Source of the DNA: an uncultured Candidatus Rokubacteria bacterium
GTDB lineage: Bacteria; Methylomirabilota; Methylomirabilia; Rokubacteriales; DASRDR01
Assembly: GCA_963826115.1 (NCBI GenBank)
Contig: CAWGVS010000012.1
Coordinates: 160,001 to 224,000, forward strand
Reading direction: 5' to 3'
Length of the DNA stretch: 64,000 nucleotides
The stretch's first letter is position 1. The number at the start of each line of letters is the position of its first letter. Made by a program: the position numbers and the translations under genes. The notes under the pieces are model-generated. The model worked only from the letters and a program-made list of their open reading frames with translations, made no database searches and was not told the DNA's origin. Positions 51,707-62,408 of this stretch are shown one piece after another.

Positions 51707-52963
51707 ATGAAGACACTGGCGATCCTGGTCGGCGGCGGCCCCGCTCCGGGGATCAACGCCGTCATCGCGGCCGCGGCGATCGAGGCGCGGAACCAGGGCC
51801 TGCGCGTGCTCGGGCTCCTCGACGGCTACAAGTGGCTCATGCAGGGGGACCTCTCGCACGTCCACGAGCTGGACATCGACGAGGTCTCCCGGATCCACTT
51901 CGAGGGCGGCTCGATTCTCCGGACGTCCCGCGCCAACCCGACCAAGTCGGAGGAGTCGCTCCGCCAGGTCGCGGAGAGCCTGCGCCGGCTCGCGGTCGAC
52001 TACCTGGTGACGATCGGCGGCAACGACACCGCCTTCGCCAGCGCGCGGATCGCGGAAACGCTCGCCGGCCGGCTGGCCGTCGCGCACGTCCCCAAGACGA
52101 TCGACAACGACCTGCCGCTGCCCGAGGACGTCCCGACGTTCGGCTTCACGACGGCGGTCAATCTCGGCAAGGACCTCGTGCGGAACCTCATGCAGGACGC
52201 GGCGACCACGCAGAAGTGGTTCTTCGTCACCGTGATGGGCCGGCACGCCGGCCACCTCACGCTCGGGATCGGCGGCGCGGCCGGCGCGACGCTGATGCTG
52301 GTCGGCGAGGAGTTCGCGGGCGAGCGCGTGCCGATCGGGCACGTGGCGGACATCCTCGAGGGCGCCATCATCAAGCGGCGCGCCCACGGCCGGGAGCACG
52401 GGGTCGCGCTCCTGGCGGAGGGCATTCTCGAGAAGCTCGACCCCGACACCATGGGCCCGGTGTCGTACGACACCTACGGGAACGTGCGGCTCTCCGACCT
52501 CGAGCTGGCCCGGCGGCTCAGGGACCAGGTGTCGGAGGGACTGGCGGCCCGCGGGATCCAGATCAACATCGCCGCCAAGGACCTGGGCTACGAGCTCCGC
52601 TGCGCGCCGCCCGGCGGCTTCGACATCCAGTACGCGCGGAGCCTCGGCTATTCCGCCGCCCGCTTCCTGCTCGACGGCGGCACCGAGGCGATGGTGACCA
52701 TCCAGGGCGGGCGCCTGCTTCCGATCCCGTTCCGCGACCTGCTCGACTCGCGCACGGGCCGCGTGCGGCTCCGCTACGCCGACGTCTCGTCCGAGGCCTA
52801 CCGGACGCTCTACGCCTACATGATCCGGCTCAAGCGCGAGGACTTCGAGCGCCCGGAGCAGCTCGCCGCCCTCGTCAAGGCGAGCAGGCTCAGCGAGGCG
52901 GACTTCGTCGCCCGCTTCGGGTATCTGGTCGGCGTCGCCCCGGCCCGCTCGGCGTCGGCCTGA
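51707..52963 (+). CDS. pfp: Pyrophosphate-dependent phosphofructokinase
   Basis: GGGPAPGIN, TIGGNDT (Asp where ATP-PFKs have Gly), PKTIDND, MGR, GYELRC. Confidence 0.88.
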   Translation: MKTLAILVGGGPAPGINAVIAAAAIEARNQGLRVLGLLDGYKWLMQGDLSHVHELDIDEVSRIHFEGGSILRTSRANPTKSEESLRQVAESLRRLAVDYLVTIGGNDTAFASARIAETLAGRLAVAHVPKTIDNDLPLPEDVPTFGFTTAVNLGKDLVRNLMQDAATTQKWFFVTVMGRHAGHLTLGIGGAAGATLMLVGEEFAGERVPIGHVADILEGAIIKRRAHGREHGVALLAEGILEKLDPDTMGPVSYDTYGNVRLSDLELARRLRDQVSEGLAARGIQINIAAKDLGYELRCAPPGGFDIQYARSLGYSAARFLLDGGTEAMVTIQGGRLLPIPFRDLLDSRTGRVRLRYADVSSEAYRTLYAYMIRLKREDFERPEQLAALVKASRLSEADFVARFGYLVGVAPARSASA

Positions 52964-52980
52964 GGGGACCCCCCGCCCTC

Positions 52981-53580
52981 CTAGCTCGCGCCCTCGGGCG
53001 TCTCGGCGGGGGTCAGATTCCAGCGCTGGATGACCCGGGTCTCGCGCTCCCAGCCGAGCACGCTGATGGACGCCGTCGACAGCGCGAGCAGGCGGCCGTC
53101 GTCCGGCGGGCGGCCGATCCAGGAGGCGCCGAGGATCCGGAGTAGGTGGCCGTGGCTGAAGAGCGCCACGTCGCCGTCGGCCGGCAGGGCCTGCTCGATC
53201 ACGCGCCGGGCCCGAGCGCCGACCGCCTCGATCGACTCGCCTTCCGGGACCGGGCTGGTCCAGATCGACCAGCCGGGCTCCGTCACGCGGATGTCGGCGG
53301 TCGTGCGCCCCTCGTAGATCCCGTAGTCCCACTCGCGAAGGTCCGCGCTCACCTGCGCGACGCTCTCGTAGCCCGCCAGCCGGCAGGTCTCGCGGGCGCG
53401 CGCCAGCGGGCTCGTGAGGACGAGCGCGAACCGCCGTCCGCCCAGGTGGCGACCGAGCGCCTCCGCCTGCCGGAGGCCCTCCGGGGCGAGTGGAATATCG
53501 GTGCGGCCGGTATGCTGCCCGCTCCGAGACCACTCCGTCTCGCCGTGCCGGATCAGCCAGATCTCGCGTCGAGCCGCCAT
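52981..53580 (-). CDS. Histidine phosphatase family protein
   Basis: LIRHGETEWS, SPLARARET, LREWDYG, SHGH. Confidence 0.9.
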   Translation of the reverse strand: MAARREIWLIRHGETEWSRSGQHTGRTDIPLAPEGLRQAEALGRHLGGRRFALVLTSPLARARETCRLAGYESVAQVSADLREWDYGIYEGRTTADIRVTEPGWSIWTSPVPEGESIEAVGARARRVIEQALPADGDVALFSHGHLLRILGASWIGRPPDDGRLLALSTASISVLGWERETRVIQRWNLTPAETPEGAS

Positions 53581-53864
53581 GGATCGGGAGTATAGCGCCG
53601 GTCGACGCCGGGCCGCGTCCGGCGGCGCTTCCCCGGAGGCACTCCGGGGCTTGCGCGGCGATTGCGTATCGCGCGCGGGCCGCTAGGTGTAATGGTGGGT
53701 CTCGTGATCGAGTCAAGCCATTCTGGGCCACCTCCAACGGGCGAGACCGTACGTCTCAGGATTCGCTTCTGAGCACGGCGACTATCCCCCTCCATGTCTC
53801 GCGGCTTTGCGCCGACCTTGCCCGAACCATCGGCCGCCACCAGTCGGTGACGCGGCCCCTACGG

Positions 53865-54818
53865 CTATCGCTTCTTGCGAAACTGCCCAAGGCCCTGCTC
53901 GACCCGGGCCCACGCGATGCCGTCCACGGCAAGGGCGCGTGCGGTGGTGAAGTCCTCCTCGGCACCCGCGAAGTCGCCCGCAGCCTCGCGCACCATGGCG
54001 CGGCCATAGACCTGCCAGGGCGACTTCGGATCCAAACGGATCGCCTCGTCGTAGTCGGTGCGCGCCAGCACGAGGTTTCCCAGGATGAAATGCACCAACC
54101 CGCGAGAATCATGAAACGCTGACACATGGGGCCGCAGCGCCAGTGCTTTCTCGCAGTCCGACAGCGCCTCGCTTGCCCGACGCATCAGTGCCTTGTCCCA
54201 GCAAAGCCGGTTGAAGGCTTCAGCATAGTCCGGGTCGAGTTGCGTCGCTCGGGTGAGATCGTCGATCGCCCGGTCATACTGCCGTAGCTTCTCGTGGGTG
54301 ATCGCTCGGTTGTTGAGAGCTGCGGCGTTGTGTGCGTCCAGCTGGATCGCCCGGTCGTAGTCCTGCATGGCCCGGTCGTATTGTTGCTTGAGGTCGTAGG
54401 CGATTCCTCGCCTGCTATAGGCCGAGGCATAGTTCGGGTTGAGCCGAATTGCCTGGTTGAGGTCCTCTATCCCCCGATCGTACTGCTGGAGGCGCACATA
54501 CGCCCCACCACGGTTGTGGAAGAGAACGGCATTGTTCGGGCTCAACCGGATCGCTCGGCCATAGTCTTCGATCGCCGGCTCATACTGCTGCCTAGCTGAA
54601 TATGCGTTGCCTCGGCCCATCAGCACCCGCGCAGTATCAGTTTCGTTGAGACGGCCGCGCGCCAGAGCACGTGTGCAGGATTCGATCCAGACATCGGCGT
54701 TCTTGTGGTCTCTCAAACATCGAGAACTGTCGGTTTCGACATACAGGAGCCATGCCATCACGGCCGCGATGAGGAACACGGCTCCGGCAAGGAAACCGAG
54801 ACGTCTCTTGGCAGTCAT
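53865..54818 (-). CDS. Membrane-anchored TPR protein
   Basis: N-terminal TM helix, then about six 34-aa repeats (RG.AY...QYD.AI.D...AI.L.P); visibly lower GC than flanks. Confidence 0.88.
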   Translation of the reverse strand: MTAKRRLGFLAGAVFLIAAVMAWLLYVETDSSRCLRDHKNADVWIESCTRALARGRLNETDTARVLMGRGNAYSARQQYEPAIEDYGRAIRLSPNNAVLFHNRGGAYVRLQQYDRGIEDLNQAIRLNPNYASAYSRRGIAYDLKQQYDRAMQDYDRAIQLDAHNAAALNNRAITHEKLRQYDRAIDDLTRATQLDPDYAEAFNRLCWDKALMRRASEALSDCEKALALRPHVSAFHDSRGLVHFILGNLVLARTDYDEAIRLDPKSPWQVYGRAMVREAAGDFAGAEEDFTTARALAVDGIAWARVEQGLGQFRKKR

Positions 54819-55227
54819 CGTGCGTTCTCCTGGAACCTCTTCCTCCGCTGGCCATCAGGAACCCTGCACGAGATGTCGAAGACGAAGCAGTATTACTACT
54901 CAGTCCAGAGATGGCCGAGATCATACGGGGTGCCCAGACGGGGCAGCAACACCGCTGTCGCAGGAGTGGCAACCCACTTGGGACAGATCCGTCAGCTCGC
55001 CGCGCCGCAGGCTGCACGGCTCACCGAGCAGCGGACCCGCTCGGACCCAACCCGTCGGCGGGGGTGTCGCCGTCGCGCCCTGACCCCTGGTCTCCCGAGG
55101 GCGCTCGCTCTGTTGGACGCGCTGCGGGGATCGGGCCAGCCCGCGCTCCCCCGCCCGCTCAGCGCGGCGTCGCGCTCGTCACGGTCGCGGCGGGCGCGAG
55201 GTCCGGGCCCGGGCGGTCAGGCGGGCG

Positions 55228-55947
55228 TCAGTTTCGCCGACCGCCCGTGAAGCGGAGCAGGAAGAGGAAGAGGTTGATGAAGTTCAGGTAGAGCGACAAC
55301 GCCCCCGCGATCGCCACCGAGCTGGCCTGCCCGGCAGGAACGGCGAGCGCCATCTGGCGCAGCCGCTGGGCATCCCACGCCGTCAGACCCGTGAACACCA
55401 GCACGCCGACGACCGAGATCAGGAACTGGAGCGCATCGTTCTGCCAGAACATCCCGACCACGGAGGCCAGGATCAGGCCGACGAGCCCCATGAAGAAGAA
55501 CTGCCCGACCCCGGCCAGGCTGCGCGACGTCATCGTCCCGTAGGCGGCCAGCGCGGCGAACATCGTCGCCGTGACGACGAACGTGGCGGCCACGGACTCC
55601 CCCGTGTACGCCAGCAGCACGACGGACAGCGTCACGCCGGTGAGCGCGGAGTACGCGGCAAAGAGGAGCGCCGCCGTGCCGGCCGCCAGGGTGGCCGCCC
55701 GCCCGGAGAGGTAGAACACCAGCCCCAGCTGGGCGGCGATCAGGCCGAAGAACACGATCCGGTTGCCCAGGACCACCTGGCGCAGCGCGGGGGAGCTCGC
55801 GACCGTGAATGCGACCATCGCCGTGATGGCGAGTCCGATCGCCATCCAGCCATAGACCCGTTGCAGGAACGCCGACACGCGCTCCGCGGCGTTCGCGGCG
55901 GTCATCGGCACCGAGGCGCCGGTCCTGATCTCATAAGGTTCCATCAA
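55228..55947 (-). CDS. Bax inhibitor-1/YccA family membrane protein
   Basis: FLQRVYGWM, FTGLTAWDAQRL, GALSLYLNFINLF; seven TM helices; GAGGAGG RBS. Confidence 0.92.
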   Translation of the reverse strand: MMEPYEIRTGASVPMTAANAAERVSAFLQRVYGWMAIGLAITAMVAFTVASSPALRQVVLGNRIVFFGLIAAQLGLVFYLSGRAATLAAGTAALLFAAYSALTGVTLSVVLLAYTGESVAATFVVTATMFAALAAYGTMTSRSLAGVGQFFFMGLVGLILASVVGMFWQNDALQFLISVVGVLVFTGLTAWDAQRLRQMALAVPAGQASSVAIAGALSLYLNFINLFLFLLRFTGGRRN

Positions 55948-56036
55948 CGTCCTCCTCTCGATTCAGTCTGACGTCCCCAGAGGATACGCTGGCGGCGCCT
56001 CCCTCGACAGCCCCCCGGGCGAGCCAGCCGCCGGAC

Positions 56037-57005
56037 TCATCCGTCGCGCCAGGCGCTGGCCTGCTCGAGCGCCTGGACCGCGCTCGCGTCCAGCGTCAGC
56101 TCGATGCCGCCGACCAGCTCCTTGAGCTGGGCCACCGAGGTCGCGCTGGCGATCGGCGCCGTGATGCCGGGACGGTGGGCGAGCCAGGACAGCGCGGCCT
56201 GGGCCGGCGTCGCCCCGGCCTCCGCGGCGACCTTCTCGACGGCGGCCAGGATGCCGAAGCCACGGTCGGTCATGTACGTCTTCTGGACGCCGGGCGCGCG
56301 CGCCGTCTGCGGCAGCGCCTCGCCGCGGCGATACTTGCCGGAGAGGAAGCCGCTGGCGAGCGACGAGTACGGAATGACCCCCACGCCCTGCTCGAGGCAG
56401 AGCGGCTCCAGCTCCCGCTCGTACTCGTCTCGGAACACGAGGTTGTACTTGGGCTGAAGGCACTCGTAGCGCGCGTAGCCGAGGCGCGAGCTCTCCCAGA
56501 GCGCGCGGGTCAGCCGCCACGCCACGTAGTTGGAGGCGCCGACGTAGCGCACCTTGCCCTGGCGCACGAGGTCGTCGAACGCCCGCAGCGTCTCCTCGAG
56601 CGGCGTCTCGCGGTCGTCCGAATGCGCCTGGTAGAGGTCGATGTAGTCCGTCTGGAGCCGGCGCAGCGAGGCCTCCACCGCCTGCACGATGTGCAGGCGC
56701 GACAGGCCCTTGTCGTTCGGACCCGGCCCCATCGGCGCGCACACCTTGGTGGCCAGGATCACCGCGGTGCGATTCCGCCGCGCCGCCATCCAGGTCCCCA
56801 GCGCCGTCTCCGACTCGCCGCCCTGGTTGCCGGGCGCCCACCGGGCATAGACGTCCGCGGTGTCGATGAAGTTGCCGCCGGCCTCGACGTACGCGTCCAG
56901 CACCGACTCCGACGCCTTCTGGTCCGTCGTCCAGCCGAACGTGTTGCCGCCGAGACACAGCGCGGCGACCTTCATCCCGGTACGACCGAGCGCCCGCATC
57001 AGCAT
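56037..57005 (-). CDS. Aldo/keto reductase
   Basis: NFIDTADVY, ILATK, SLRRLQTDYIDLYQAH, GKVRYVGASN. Confidence 0.93.
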   Translation of the reverse strand: MLMRALGRTGMKVAALCLGGNTFGWTTDQKASESVLDAYVEAGGNFIDTADVYARWAPGNQGGESETALGTWMAARRNRTAVILATKVCAPMGPGPNDKGLSRLHIVQAVEASLRRLQTDYIDLYQAHSDDRETPLEETLRAFDDLVRQGKVRYVGASNYVAWRLTRALWESSRLGYARYECLQPKYNLVFRDEYERELEPLCLEQGVGVIPYSSLASGFLSGKYRRGEALPQTARAPGVQKTYMTDRGFGILAAVEKVAAEAGATPAQAALSWLAHRPGITAPIASATSVAQLKELVGGIELTLDASAVQALEQASAWRDG

Positions 57006-57071
57006 GCTTGTCGTCCTCCTCGGCCACTACTCTAGCGCGCCGGGCAGGGCGCCACGCGGCGGAGCGGCGAC

Positions 57072-57627
57072 TCAGCGCCGCCGGGCCGCGCGGAACTCCC
57101 CCTCCAGATTCCAGGTCTTGCCATCCACGTCGAGGGCCTCGCCGGTCCACCGGAACGAATCGCGCGTGATCTCGGTGAACATCCACCGCGTCGGGGTGCC
57201 GTTCGCGCGCGCGCCGATCTGGACGATGTCCTGGCCGATCCGTCGGCCGATCTGCTCCTCGTAGTGGCCGGCGGCCGGATTCTTCCAGGTGATGCGCCAG
57301 GCCTGGATCGTCGGGTCCCACATGCGGAACGTGGTGCCGTACATGTTCTGCGTCTTCTCCTCGCGTCCGGTACGGTCCGCGCGCCGCGGCATGATCCAGA
57401 CGTCCTGGATGGCCCGACCCTCGAGCACCCAGCCGAAGTGGACCTCGCCCGTGAGGCCTCGCCCCGCGACGTCGACGCCCCGGTACCGGACCACCTCCAG
57501 GTCCCAGCTCCCGACGAGCCACCCGTAGACGTCCATCGGCTCGGGGATCTCCGGCGAGCGGCCCGGCGCCGCGAGGGTTGTCAGGAAGCCCACCTGCTCG
57601 CTGGCTTGCACGGCAGTCGTCATCATT
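57072..57627 (-). CDS. Hypothetical beta-rich protein (DUF1579-like)
   Basis: YGWLVGSWD, FGWVLEGRAIQDVW, YGTTFR, DSFRW, DGKTW; start taken at MMTTAV after GGAGG. Confidence 0.6.
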
Positions 57628-57723
57628 GACCCTCCCAGGGTGACCGTGAGACACAGCACCCACATCATCGATGACCCTGAGACCCCTCAGGAGGCCTCCC
57701 GTGAAACGCCTCCCTGTCCCCGG

Positions 57724-59311
57724 ATGGCTCGAGACCCGGCCGTGAGCGCCTACGCCGACCTTCTCCGGCTCTTCGCGGACTGGCGCCGCTTCCAGCCGCC
57801 GCCCCTGGTCGACGGCGTCCCGGACTACGGGCCGGCCGCGATGGCCGCCCAGCACCAGGAGCTCCGCGGGTACCAGGACCGGCTCGCCGCCATCGATCCC
57901 TCGCCGTGGCCGATCCCGCGGCAGGTCGACTACCACATCGTCCGCGCCGAGATGAACGGGCTCGACTTCGACCACCGGGTGCTCCGGCCGTGGGCCAACG
58001 ATCCGGCCTTCTACGTCACGATCTTCCCCTCCGAGAGCGACCAGCCGGCGCGGGAGGGCCACTACGCGCGCGGGAGCCTCGAGCTGTGGCAGCACGCGAT
58101 GCCGCCCGACGCGGCCGGCGCGGCCGCGATCGGGGCCGGGCTCCGCGCGATCCCGCCGCTCCTCGCCGAGGCGCGGCGGAACCTGGTCGGGACCGGCCGC
58201 GACCTGTGGATCCACGGCGCGCGGCGCGTCCGCGGCCAGATCGGCGATCTCGAGCGGCTCGACGCCCGGCTCGCGGGCGCCGGGCCCCCCGGGCTCCGGG
58301 CGGATCTCGACGCGGGCCCGCGCGGCGACCGAGGCCTTCGCCGGCTGGCTCGACGCGGAGACGCCGGCGCGGACCGGGCCCGGCGGCATCGGCATCGCGA
58401 ACTACGACTGGTACCTCCGGCACGTCCAGCTCCTGCCCTACACGTGGCGCGACGTGCGGGCGCTGATGGAGCGCGAGCTCGCGCGCGCCGGGTCCTCGCT
58501 CGCCTGGGAGGAGTCGCGCAACGCCGGGGAGCCGCCCGACGCGCCGATCTCGGACCCCGCCGAGTACGCGCTCCGCGCCCAGCAGGCCGTCACCGACTAC
58601 ATGGCGTTCCTCCGGGGCCACGACCTCCTGACGATCCACGACGACATGGACGCCGCGCTGCGCGCCCGCGTCGGCGCCTACACCCCGGCGCCCCGGGAGT
58701 TCTTCGTCGAGATCGACCACCACGACCCCATGGTCATGCGCACGCACGGGTACCACTGGTTCGACAAGGCGCAGATGGCGAACCGGCCGCATCCGAGCCC
58801 CGTCCGCCGCGGGCCCCTCCTCTACAACATCTTCGTGACGCGCACCGAGGGGCACGCGACGGGCTGGGAGGAGATGATGCTGCACGCCGGGATGTTCGAC
58901 GCGCGGCCCCGCTCGCGCGAGCTCGTCTGGGTCCTCCTCGCCCAGCGTGGCGCCCGCGCGATCGGCGACCTTCGCATGCACGCCCGGCAGGCGTCGCTCG
59001 AGGAGGCGGCCGCCTTCACGTCGGCACATACGCCGCGCGGCTGGCTGAGCCTCGCGGGCCGGCTCGTGCGCGCCGAGCAGCACCTCTACCTGCGGCAACC
59101 GGCGTACGGAACGAGCTACCTCACCGGCAAGATCCAGATCGAGCGGCTGCTGGCCGACCGGCGGCGGCAGCTGGGCAGCGCGTTCACCCTCAAGCGCTTC
59201 ATGGCCGAGTTCGACGCCGTGGGACAGATCCCGATCTCGCTGATCCGGTGGGAGCTGACCGGCGAGCTCGGCGACGACCTCAGCGAGGTCCTCTCGCCCT
59301 CGCCGCCCTGA
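57724..59311 (+). CDS. DUF885-like protein; +1 frameshift near 58316
   Basis: N-part in ORF 57640.. and C-part in ORF 58454..59311 (HGYHWFD, EGHATGWEE, QPAYGTSYLTGKIQI); deleting one G from gacgcgggcccg joins them. Confidence 0.7.
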
Positions 59312-59488
59312 CGGTCGGCGTCGCATCGGCCGCCGCGCGCGGCGCCGGCCGATCTCTTCCGAATAGACGATCCCCTCGCCTCACCCGGCGCGACGCGCCG
59401 GATCGCCCTCCGGTCTCATGACCTCCCAAGTAATTGATTCCCTCGCGGGCCGCTGGAACGATGCCCGTACGAGAGAGGAGGTCCACCA

Positions 59489-59713
59489 ATGAAGCGCTAC
59501 AGCACCGGGGACCCCTGGACGGATGCGAAGCTCCTGCACGCCGAGGAGCGGATGGCGGACGCGCGGGCCCACGCGGCCCGACGAGCGCTCCTCCGCAACG
59601 CGGAGTCGCCGCGGCGGCGCGGCGGCGTGCGACTCTGGCTCGGCTCACTCCTGGTGGCGGCGGGGCACCGGCTTCTCGGCGCGGCGGCGCGCTCCGCGGA
59701 GCGCGCCACGTGA
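59489..59713 (+). CDS. Small hypothetical protein
   Basis: GAGGAGG RBS before the ATG; GTGA overlap with the next ORF. Confidence 0.55.
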   Translation: MKRYSTGDPWTDAKLLHAEERMADARAHAARRALLRNAESPRRRGGVRLWLGSLLVAAGHRLLGAAARSAERAT

Positions 59714-60162
59714 TCGCCGCGGCGCTCCTGGCCTTGACGGCAGCCTCGCCGATCCTCGCCGTGGCGGGGCTGCTCGCCGCTGGGGCCTGGCGGGACCGCC
59801 GCCGGCAGGAATCGGTCGCTCGCCAGATCCGGCTCATCGACGCCCTCGGCGCCGAGCTGGGCCTGATCGTGGCCCCGCTCGTCAGGAAGCCGATCGGGCA
59901 ACCGTGGCGGATCGACATCCTCGTGCCGGTCTGCCGGCCGGTCACGGTCGGCCGCATCGTGGCGATCGCCCACGCGGTCCTGACCGAGTCGGGCGCGCTC
60001 CGGTACGAGCTGGTCCTCCGTCCGGGATCCACGCACCCGGTCACCAGCTCGGACAGGACGCGACGCCCGGCAACGCTCCGTCCGGTCCGGCCTCCGGCGC
60101 GAGGCCGTCGAGGGGACCGCGGATCGCGGGGGCTCGCGCTCCCGGCGAGGTGCTGCGGCTAG
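59710..60162 (+). CDS. Hypothetical membrane-anchored protein
   Basis: GTG coupled to the upstream stop; hydrophobic N-terminus then WRDRRRQESVARQIRLIDAL. Confidence 0.5.
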   Translation: MIAAALLALTAASPILAVAGLLAAGAWRDRRRQESVARQIRLIDALGAELGLIVAPLVRKPIGQPWRIDILVPVCRPVTVGRIVAIAHAVLTESGALRYELVLRPGSTHPVTSSDRTRRPATLRPVRPPARGRRGDRGSRGLALPARCCG

Positions 60163-60719
60163 GGCGTGGGCAGGCGGCCGATCGCCTTGTCGAGCAGCGG
60201 TTTGACCTTGTCCATGGCCACGCCCGAGGCGCCGTTGTGGCCAACGGAGATTCCCATGCCCTTCGCCTCGGCGAAGCAGCCCGTCGAGATCGGCAGGCCG
60301 GTCTTCGCCGAGGGCGGCGTCATGAGCGCGCACGTGCCGTTGGCGAAGTCGCGCCGCTGCTCGCTCCAGCCCTGGGACTTGAGGATCTGGAACGCCTGCC
60401 GGAACTGGCCCAGCGCGGCCTCTCGCTGCGCGCCCTGCGGGGCCCGGATGACGGCGACCGCGACGCTGGCCTGGCTGCCGGCGGGCCACGTGCACATGCC
60501 CATCGTCTCGCCCTTGGAGGGCCCGTCCGGAACGACCAGGTTGGTCTCCTGCGGCGGCCCCACCGTCCCCCCAACGACCGCGCCGACCTCGGCGACGGTC
60601 AGGAGCTCACAGGCGCGCGGGGTCTGGGCGCCGGCCCCGCGCGGCCCTGCCGCCATTCCCGCCAGCAGGAGCGCGGCGGCCAGCATCGTCGTCTTCACCC
60701 GTCTCACCTCGCGCCGCAT
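60159..60719 (-). CDS. Hypothetical secreted protein
   Basis: GGAGG before MRREV; signal peptide ending AGA-Q; ACELLTVAEV...CTW; four Cys. Confidence 0.6.
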   Translation of the reverse strand: MRREVRRVKTTMLAAALLLAGMAAGPRGAGAQTPRACELLTVAEVGAVVGGTVGPPQETNLVVPDGPSKGETMGMCTWPAGSQASVAVAVIRAPQGAQREAALGQFRQAFQILKSQGWSEQRRDFANGTCALMTPPSAKTGLPISTGCFAEAKGMGISVGHNGASGVAMDKVKPLLDKAIGRLPTP

Positions 60720-60886
60720 CGCGGCCTCCGGATCAGGCGGCGATAGGATAGCCGACCGCTCCGGCGCCGACAAACGTCGCCGCAGAGCGGCTGGCTTCCT
60801 GGCGCCGTTGCCTGTAGTATCGGCGCGCGACCGGTCCTCCGCGCCTGCACATCCCTGGCCCCTGCGAGGGGGGCGAGAGGGAGAGT

Positions 60887-62236
60887 GTGATGCCCCCCAG
60901 CGCTCGAGCCGCCGCGGCCCGCCCTGCCGACCGCACCCCTGCGGACGCCCGCATCGCCATCCGGCTCAAGCCCACCGCCGAGAAGGCCTCCGGGGATCCG
61001 GACGACGGGATCCGCCAGGCGCTCGCGCGCCCTTTGACGGCGCTCCGTGTCAGCGTGAGGATCGATCCGCTGCTGCACTCGGTGGAGCCCCGTCGCCTGG
61101 CGGCCATGATCCGGCAGGCCCGCGAGCTCGACTCCACCTACACGCCTCCGCGCCTGGCGGCGTGGCGCCAGATCGTCCTGCTCCCCGAGCCCGGGGCGCG
61201 CCTGGAGACGGAGCTCGTCGACGGGCTCGTCCGCTACCTACAGAAGCTGGACGCCGTCGACAGCGTGTACGCCATGCGCGCCGGGCCGCCTCCGACGACG
61301 ATACGCCCCGGCAACGATCCGCGCAGCGCCAAGCAAGGCTACCTGGACCCCGCCCCGGGCGGGATCGACGCGCGCTACGCCTGGGCCAAGGGCGGGACCG
61401 GCGCCGGCATCGGCTTCGTCGACCTGGAGCAGGGGTGGAAGCTCGACCACAAGGACCTCGTCGCCGCGAACATCACGCTCATCTCGGGTCTGAACAAGGA
61501 CTACCGTCCGCACGGCACGAGAGTGCTCGGGGTCGTGCGGATGGTCGACAATCGGAAGGGCGGCATCGGCATCGCCCCGAACTGCACGGGACGGGTGATC
61601 TCCCAGCATCGAAACGACGGCGGCGAGAACATCGCCGACGCCATCACCGACGCGGCGGCGCACATGCAGCAGGGCGACGTGCTGCTCCTCGAGGCGCAGG
61701 AGACCGATCCGGTCAAAGGCACTTACGCGTGGCCCGTCGAGGTCACCGACGGCGCCTACGAGTCCATCCGTCTCGCCACGGCGCTGGGCATCGCAGTGAT
61801 CGAGGCGGGCGGCAATGGCTCGTACAACCTGGATGACTACGCCAACGCCGCCGGCGAACGGATCTTCGACCGCAACGGCCCGGGCTTCCGGGATTCGCTG
61901 GCCGTCATGGTCGGCGCGGCCGACTCCGGTGTACACGCGCGGTGGCAAGGCTCCAACTATGGCTCGCGCATCGACTGCTACGGTTGGGGCGAGAACGTCG
62001 ACACCGCGACGACGAATGAGGCGGGGACCACCTCCTCATACGAGCCCAACTTCCTCGCCACGTCGGCCGCGTCGGCCATCGTCGCGGGCGCGGCCGTGAT
62101 CGTGCAGAGCCTCGCCAGCGCCGGGGCGGGCCTGCTCACGCCGAAGAAGCTCCGTGACGCCCTGGTGGCCGGAGGGACACCGTCGGCCCTGCCCGCGGCC
62201 GACCGAATCGGCGTCATGCCGAACCTCCGCCGTTAG
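60887..62236 (+). CDS. S8 (subtilisin-like) serine peptidase, copy 1
   Basis: Triad FVDLEQG (Asp), HGTRVLG (His), ATSAAS (Ser); oxyanion AGGNG; SNYGSRID; no signal peptide seen. Confidence 0.87.
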   Translation: MMPPSARAAAARPADRTPADARIAIRLKPTAEKASGDPDDGIRQALARPLTALRVSVRIDPLLHSVEPRRLAAMIRQARELDSTYTPPRLAAWRQIVLLPEPGARLETELVDGLVRYLQKLDAVDSVYAMRAGPPPTTIRPGNDPRSAKQGYLDPAPGGIDARYAWAKGGTGAGIGFVDLEQGWKLDHKDLVAANITLISGLNKDYRPHGTRVLGVVRMVDNRKGGIGIAPNCTGRVISQHRNDGGENIADAITDAAAHMQQGDVLLLEAQETDPVKGTYAWPVEVTDGAYESIRLATALGIAVIEAGGNGSYNLDDYANAAGERIFDRNGPGFRDSLAVMVGAADSGVHARWQGSNYGSRIDCYGWGENVDTATTNEAGTTSSYEPNFLATSAASAIVAGAAVIVQSLASAGAGLLTPKKLRDALVAGGTPSALPAADRIGVMPNLRR

Positions 62237-62408
62237 CGCCGGCTGAGCGTCACCTGTGATGGTTCGACGGCGAAACGGTACGATCCGCGCGTCATTGCGG
62301 ATTGAGCTCCGCGTCCGCGAGACCTTGCCGCTCGTTTCTCCAGCCGCGCGTCGGCACCGACCGAAGGAGCGTGGAATGGCCTAGGGATCCTTCACCGGAG
62401 GAGGACGT

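Noticed and set aside
53675-53750. GGTGTAATGGT resembling a tRNA D-arm, with a ggtctcg/cgagacc inverted pair
   Set aside because: No T-loop, acceptor stem or CCA could be built; no RNA family recognised.
54900-55220. GC-rich hairpins between the TPR and YccA genes as a riboswitch or sRNA
   Set aside because: Short stems are expected at this GC content and no conserved aptamer motif was recognisable.
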